From: Cyanophora paradoxa CCMP329 | Lineage: Eukaryota; Plantae; Glaucophyta | Reading direction: 5' to 3' | DNA: 64,000 nucleotides | NCBI GenBank assembly: GCA_004431415.1 | Contig: QPMI01000460.1 | Span: forward strand, 1-64,000 | Shown: piece after piece, positions 58,126 through 64,000 of the stretch | Position numbering within the stretch: position 1 is the stretch's first letter | How the letters are laid out: every line of letters starts with the position of its first letter | Notes under the pieces: generated by a model | Seen by the model: only the letters and a program-made list of their open reading frames with translations | Databases searched by the model: none | Told to the model about the DNA's origin: nothing | Program-made: the position numbers and the translations under genes

Positions 58126-58882
58126 TAGTACTCACCGTGGCACTGTACCACTCAGTGCTACTCACGTCGCGACTCGCGAGTCACAAATTCTCACAATCAC
58201 GACTTATACTAGGAGTCCAAGTTATAACTCATGAGTCATGAATCATGATCATGATCAGGGGGAAAACGTCCCTTCCCTCCCCGGGCCCCTAGGCCTCTCC
58301 CCCCCGGGCCCCCGCCCTCCCCCGACCGCTCGCCCGCTCCCTCCTCCCTTTCACAATATTAATATCTTTATATAGTTGTACTACGGTAGCTATATATATG
58401 CGCCGTCTTGGTTGTTTCTGTTTTTGATTCGTCGGACCAAAAAAGAAAACCGAGAAGAGTGGCTAATGGCTTGAGTTCTGAGGGACTACAAGCTACAGCG
58501 CTATAGCTAGGCCAGGCTAAGGTACGGTCGGTACCGTGACAGTAACCGTGGTACACTGGTACAGCAGAATCTGAGCAGCCTGCCAGGCTGGCAGATATCG
58601 ATTTACCATGGCCAGTTCGTATAAAAACTTCATTTTTCGACCGCCTCTGAGGAGTCACGTGCACTGATCATGAGGCTTAATAAGATCCATTGCCACCATT
58701 GGACAACTGCAATGGTACGGTGAGTCCGACCGACTCCGAGTCTCCGACGGTCGGCGACTACCCCTAGTACCGTAAAGTAGTACCGTGACGCGTACGGTCA
58801 AAGCCGCAAGCCATGGCCAAAGCCGCAGTCGGTGACTAGTACACTGACTACGCCGTGACGGTCAAAGCCTACCGTAGTACTG

Positions 58883-59101
58883 TAGGAATGCTTTTTTAGC
58901 CGATGTTTTAAATTGCCGTAAATTGCCGAGAGGCCGAATTCGGCAATTTAGACTCACGGCAATTCTCAGGGGGTAGGGCTAAACGACTGCTTTTGTATGG
59001 CGCCATAGAAAAGATCCAGAGTTTCGGCAATTTATCGCCACGGCAATTCCGGTTTGGGTCGAATTCGGCAATTTAACTACGCGGCAATTTAAGCATCCCT
59101 A
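58883..59101. mobile_element. hAT-like MITE with aaattgccg/cggcaattt subterminal repeats
   Basis: TIR tagg(a/g)atgct. Imperfect 8-bp flanks tagtactg/cagtaccg. Related sequence at 59660-59780. Confidence 0.7.
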
Positions 59102-61463
59102 CAGTACCGCGGTCCGCGGTACCGCTGCTACCGCAGCCAGGACCTGCTGCCAGGTCCGCAGCCTGACTGTGATTCTGTGAAGTGCCACGGCCCGGGTGTA
59201 CTACCGCGGCGGTAAACATAGGAATTCGAAATTTCGGCAGCGTCGAAATTAGCCTAGTAGGTCTCGACGAAATTTCCTATGTATACCAGGTACTTGTCTT
59301 AAAATTTTAATTACAGTTCTAGTACCTTTTGAGCAGTGAACACTGAACACTGAAAAGTGATTCATGTCAGTGAACACTGAACACAGATCCCGGGGTACGG
59401 CCGCGGGTGTATTCGATAATATTTTCGATTGCTGTGGCCCAGCCTGTGGGCGTGTAAGTGGAATTGCTGTGGTTTTGTAATTAATTGCCGTAAATTCGGC
59501 GATCTCGCTCCGTGACAATATCGCACTGGGGGTAGAGTTTTCCTAGGCTGCGCCAGTGCTGCCACAGAACTAGTTAAGATCTGCCTCGAGACTCCGAGTC
59601 TAGATGTAGAGCTTACAAAGCAGCTGCAGAATCAGTGCAGATCTCGAACTCGGCGAAATCTGGAGACGGCAATTTACCGCCACGGCAAGTCCGGTACGGT
59701 TTTGGGCGAAATTGACAACTTGCGCATGCAATTGGCAAATTAACTCCACGGAAATTTACAGATTAACTACGCATGGTAATAATTATTCTGGCGGTCCGAT
59801 AATTGACTCCGATGACTCCGGATCCCGGATCCGATCTTTTGGAGCAATGAACAGTGAACACGGTAAATCGAGGCGGGCAATGCCGGGCATGCGCAGTGCC
59901 GCTGCACTGCCGCAGCACTGCCGCAGGCCCGCAGCAGTACTAGTGCCGCTGCAGTGCGGCTGCACTGCGCATGCCGGGCCAGTGCGAATTCGGAAGGCTA
60001 ACAACGAAAATCAGCGCGTATTACTCCGTACCCCCCAGCTATGTGGGGCCGCGCCGAGTGCCACGGAGTAGGGTTTATAAAATAAGATTTACAAGAAAAA
60101 GCGATCGCGAAGCATAAAAATAAGGTGGCGGCGCGATATATTATAACTGAGAATTACGGGGGCTGGCTTGTGTGAGCCAAGCCGGGGAGGCCGGCCCCCC
60201 CGGCTCGGCTATAGCTAGCTCTGCCCAACCGGCGCGAACACGGCGCTTCGTAGAGTCAAGCGAACCGGCGCGCATCGCCGCAAGGGGGTACCCCCAGCGG
60301 AATCGCCTTCTCTGCTCCCTCCCCTACGCGCCTGAAGCTTGGCGCTTTCGAAGCTTGGTTGCGCCTGTAAGCTGCAGTCTCGGTCGCGGCCCACAGATCG
60401 GCGCCGTTGTCCCGCTCTGCGAAGCACCACCCACAGGTCGGCTTGACCATTCTTGCCGCCCTGGGCTCCAGCGCCGCCCAGCTGCCTCCGCGTGACGCCT
60501 ACGCGTCCTCCGTTGCGCACTCTGTCGTTTGAAGGCCTCTACGCTCGCCTCGACGGTCGCCCGCGCGCAGTTCCATGGAAACCAGCATCTGATGGTCCCG
60601 AGTCCGCCCGCAGCAGCGCCGCCGGTCGCGCATGCGCAGGAGGAGATTAGACTGTTTCACCCCGCCGGCAGTGCCGGCGTCTGCCGCGGTCTGCGGCGGT
60701 CTGCCGCATATATATGCGCACGCCGCGCGTGCGCATGCGTGCGCGCGCGCGCACACCACATGGCACATGCATCATGCATGCATATGGGCCAGTAAGTAGT
60801 CCAGTTACTTAGACTCCAGTACTAGGACTCTAGGAGTCCCCGGACTCTGCCGGCCCGCCGGCGTGCACGTGCACGTGACGGCGGCATCTGTCGCGATCGA
60901 AAAACAATGCGGGAAATATAGAAAAAAGCCGAACACAAGCCGAAAACGCCGAAAAATGCCGAACACATGCCGAAAATGCAAAAAAACCGAACACACGCCG
61001 AAAGTGCGGCTTCTCCCGAATTCCGAACCGACCACCATGAGACATAATTAACTTAGTAAAACCAAATTAAGGAAATACACTGACACATGTATGTTCGACG
61101 TTGTACCGTACTTGTACGTACATGTATTTACGTTCACAATGACAGAACACGTGAAAAATAATTAGTTTTATAAAGCGTGACACGGACCACAACTTTGTTT
61201 TTGGTGAATTACCGGCCACAGTCTCTAGACGGACCACAACTTGGTCCACAAGGCCTAGGTGAGTATTTATGCGAGATTAATATTGATCGCGAGGCCGGGG
61301 GCCGCGCCGCGGCCCGCGCGGCCCGCGGCCCGCGCGCGCGGGGCCCGCGGGGAGTCGGGGACCCGGTTGATAAAAAAAAAACAACTGTTGATCATCGCCC
61401 CAAACTGAAGAGCAACCCGAACTCAGAAGGCTGATCGATCGTGAGTAATGCATGAGACTCATG

Positions 61464-61635
61464 TAGGCGTAAATTGCCGACAGGCCAAATTCGGCAATTT
61501 AGTACAACGGCAATTGCTTAGGGGGTAGAAATTTTCTTAGTCCGCCATAGGGCACTGCGGCAGAAATCCGGATTTGGCAATACCGGTTTTCGACGGATTC
61601 GGCAATTCTACCACGCGGCAATTTAGCTACGTCTA
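61464..61635. mobile_element. MITE related to 58883-59101
   Basis: Ends taggcgta...tacgtcta. Same order of cggcaattt repeats and gggggtag core. Confidence 0.6.
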
Positions 61636-62541
61636 CAGTAGTAGCAGGCTACTACCGACGTCTACCGTCGGGCACTTAATTACTCCGGCATCAATTAAAT
61701 TAACGCAGCCGGCGCCGGAGTCGATGTCCGACGGTCGGTACTCAGCCCACTCAGGAGTCAGGAGTCAGGACTCAGGAGTCGGGAGTCCGAGTCGGGACTC
61801 GGGACTCGGGAGTCGGGATTCGGGAGTCGGGACCGTCGGACTCGAGTCGGGAGTAGCCTACTAGTAGTAGTAGGGCTCGCAGCCGCCGAGTCGGACGTCG
61901 CGATCGACGCTCCGACGACAGACTGTCGACAGTGGGTCCGAGTCGACCGTCGGACGTAAGTATACGCGTCGGGCCGGGCCGTTCACGTTGTCGGCCTACT
62001 AGGCAGCTGAGTCTAGGCTACCTGGGAGTCTGGGACCTGGGTAGGCTGGACTCGGCCGGCGCCGCCCATATGCATGGCCATGGCCAGTAGCCGATCACGA
62101 AGCTTAAGGGAGCGGCGGGTACGCCGGGTACTATAGCTACGGAAGTACAGACTCTAGATCTGAGAATCGTGTACGTATTTACATGTACAGATGCCATGAT
62201 GTATACATATGTATACTGGCAGACTGTGCCAGACTCTACTGAGAAATTTTGCCTTGGCCATGGGGACTGGCCCCAGTGGGGGAGCCGGCGCCGGCGCATG
62301 CAAGTTGCGGCAACATGTACAGGTCTGTAAACTGTAGTCTGTTGGGCGGCTACTAGCTATAGGGCCTCAAGCTCGAAGGGTTGCTTCTGGAATCCTGTAT
62401 TGGTCGAATTCGACATTCGGAAGCTGCGAAGTTTTATTTACGAACGCAGCGGCCCGGCGGGCAGCAGCTGAGCAGATCTACGGCTAGATCGTGTCGACGT
62501 CAAATATCGTCGTCGACTGTCTTGTGTGCGGATCCCCGAAA

Positions 62542-64000
62542 ATGCGGCTGCAGCTAGTGCACGTGAGCAAGCCGGCTCCAGCGTTAGCGGCGATCGCGAT
62601 ATGCGCGGTCGTGTGCGCGTGTATCATCGCCCCAGCTGATGGCGCGACGACTGTCGCGACAGTGGTGCCGACAGCCGGTTGCCTTCTCCCAGTCTCGATC
62701 AGCGCGTCGGCGCCGTACACAGACCTGGCGTTCAAACTCGTGTCGGCCGCCAACTCGAGCCTCTGCGTCGAAGTCGTTGCGAATCCAGCAGGCACCGGAG
62801 ACCCAATCTGGAAGCTCATGGACTGCAGTGCGCGCAAAATCGGGGGATCCGCTTATATTCGAATTCAATATAAATAATGCAACGCGCATTATCGATCACG
62901 AATACGCACGCGTTTGATATACGTACCTATAAAACTTGTCTGCCCGATGCACCATATGCATGGCACTCTTGATCTGAGCCAGTTTTATTTGCGTATGCGC
63001 AATTAACATCGATCACATGAATGAAGAAGCTCAGCGGCTTCCAGCTGCAGGCTGATCGCGTTGAAGAAGAAGATCGATCTTATCCATCAATCATGCGTAT
63101 ATATGAAGAAGCTGATCGCGCTGAAATGCAGCCAGCGGGATGGATACGTCGGGCACCCAATGGTTCCGCTCCCGTCAGCTCCCATTCAACGCATCGTACA
63201 TTGCGCTCCTGGATGCGTACTACGATTACGGCACGGGTTTTGACATCGGATACAACTGGAAAGGCTGCGACAACGGCGACTGTTTTCAAGCAGACGAACT
63301 GGCGAGCTCCCAGATTAATATTCCTCATAATCAGAGCTGAGAGCGTTCAGCGGCTATCTTACGCTTGTATAATATATATAATTACCTCGCCCTTTTATAT
63401 GCATTAATTTGTAGCGGTTACGCATACATATGAATCGTGATCATGACATGATGACGTCGACTTGAACAGGTGTTCAGCTTCGAACAACCTTTGTTGGGGG
63501 ACTCGCCATCAACCGAGGACTTCGAAACAAATTACGATCACATGATTCAATTTACGGTACGGGTTCCAGCACGCGCGTATGCGCGCGCAAGCTTAAGTGA
63601 TTCCGGAATTCCCTGCAATTTCATGTGACGTCTCATAATTAGGTACACAACGCGACCGCCGGTGTCATCACGATTATATCCCGCGCCGACACCTCTTACG
63701 GCGTGGCTGCGCCCATCGGAACCTACGCGTCTGCGGGAAGCGACCAGCTGCTTATGAAGACCCTCCCGGCTAATGTGCCTGCGGAAATGCAGTGGGGGAT
63801 GTTCAGCACCTGCAACGTGCCGGTGTGCCCTCGCGATCGCGATCGCGATCGCGATCGCGCGTTTTCGGAATTCACGTCGGCTTGCTAATAGTAATTTCAA
63901 TCTTGCAGACCCCGAGCCCGTCGCCTTCTGCAAGCCCCTCGGCGACCCCGTCCCCCAGCGCGACTCCGTCCCCCAGCGCTGCGCCCGCTGCGGCGCCGGC
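62542..64000 (+). CDS. Putative secreted protein (signal-like segment, ricin-B-like motif, Ser/Pro/Thr stalk); possibly a pseudogene; runs off the window
   Basis: Hydrophobic ALAAIAICAVVCACIIAPADG, then LVSAANSSLCVEVVANPAGTGDPIWKLMDC. Terminal exon reads TPSPSPSASPSATPSPSATPSPS. The exon chain is not resolved. Confidence 0.35.

Noticed and set aside
60172-60795. Short ORFs in a GC-rich patch
   Set aside because: No motifs or coherent splice pattern; probably a relic.

Overview
This is GC-rich eukaryotic (protist/algal) nuclear DNA. Genes carry many short introns and are separated by transposon-rich, palindrome-dense spacers. The gene set (tRNA-Sec, centriolar HYLS1, SSIII/IV-like starch synthase, plant-type PFK) would fit a flagellated archaeplastid such as a glaucophyte, but that is inference only. 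Exon chains were parsed by hand. Left to right: tRNA-Sec (-); HYLS1 (+); PP2C phosphatase (+); a Pro-rich ORF (-); a DNA-transposon graveyard with a triple-nested hAT/CMC/hAT stack and a perfect 4x151-bp array; an NmrA-like protein ending in a CaaX box (+); an unknown helical protein (-); a complete 10.1-kb tyrosine-recombinase (DIRS-order) retrotransposon with split direct repeats; a GT5 starch synthase spliced in frame to a seven-repeat lectin-like beta-propeller (-); XRCC4 (+); a long coiled-coil protein (-); ATP-PFK (+); then decayed ORFs and MITEs. The main observations are three. (1) Paired repeat copies show that non-coding DNA changes mainly by short, locally templated, palindrome-forming insertions. 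(2) The starch synthase is fused to a lectin-like propeller. (3) About 30% of PFK introns are GC-AG, with micro-exons and a sense-strand intronic GTACCCC motif.
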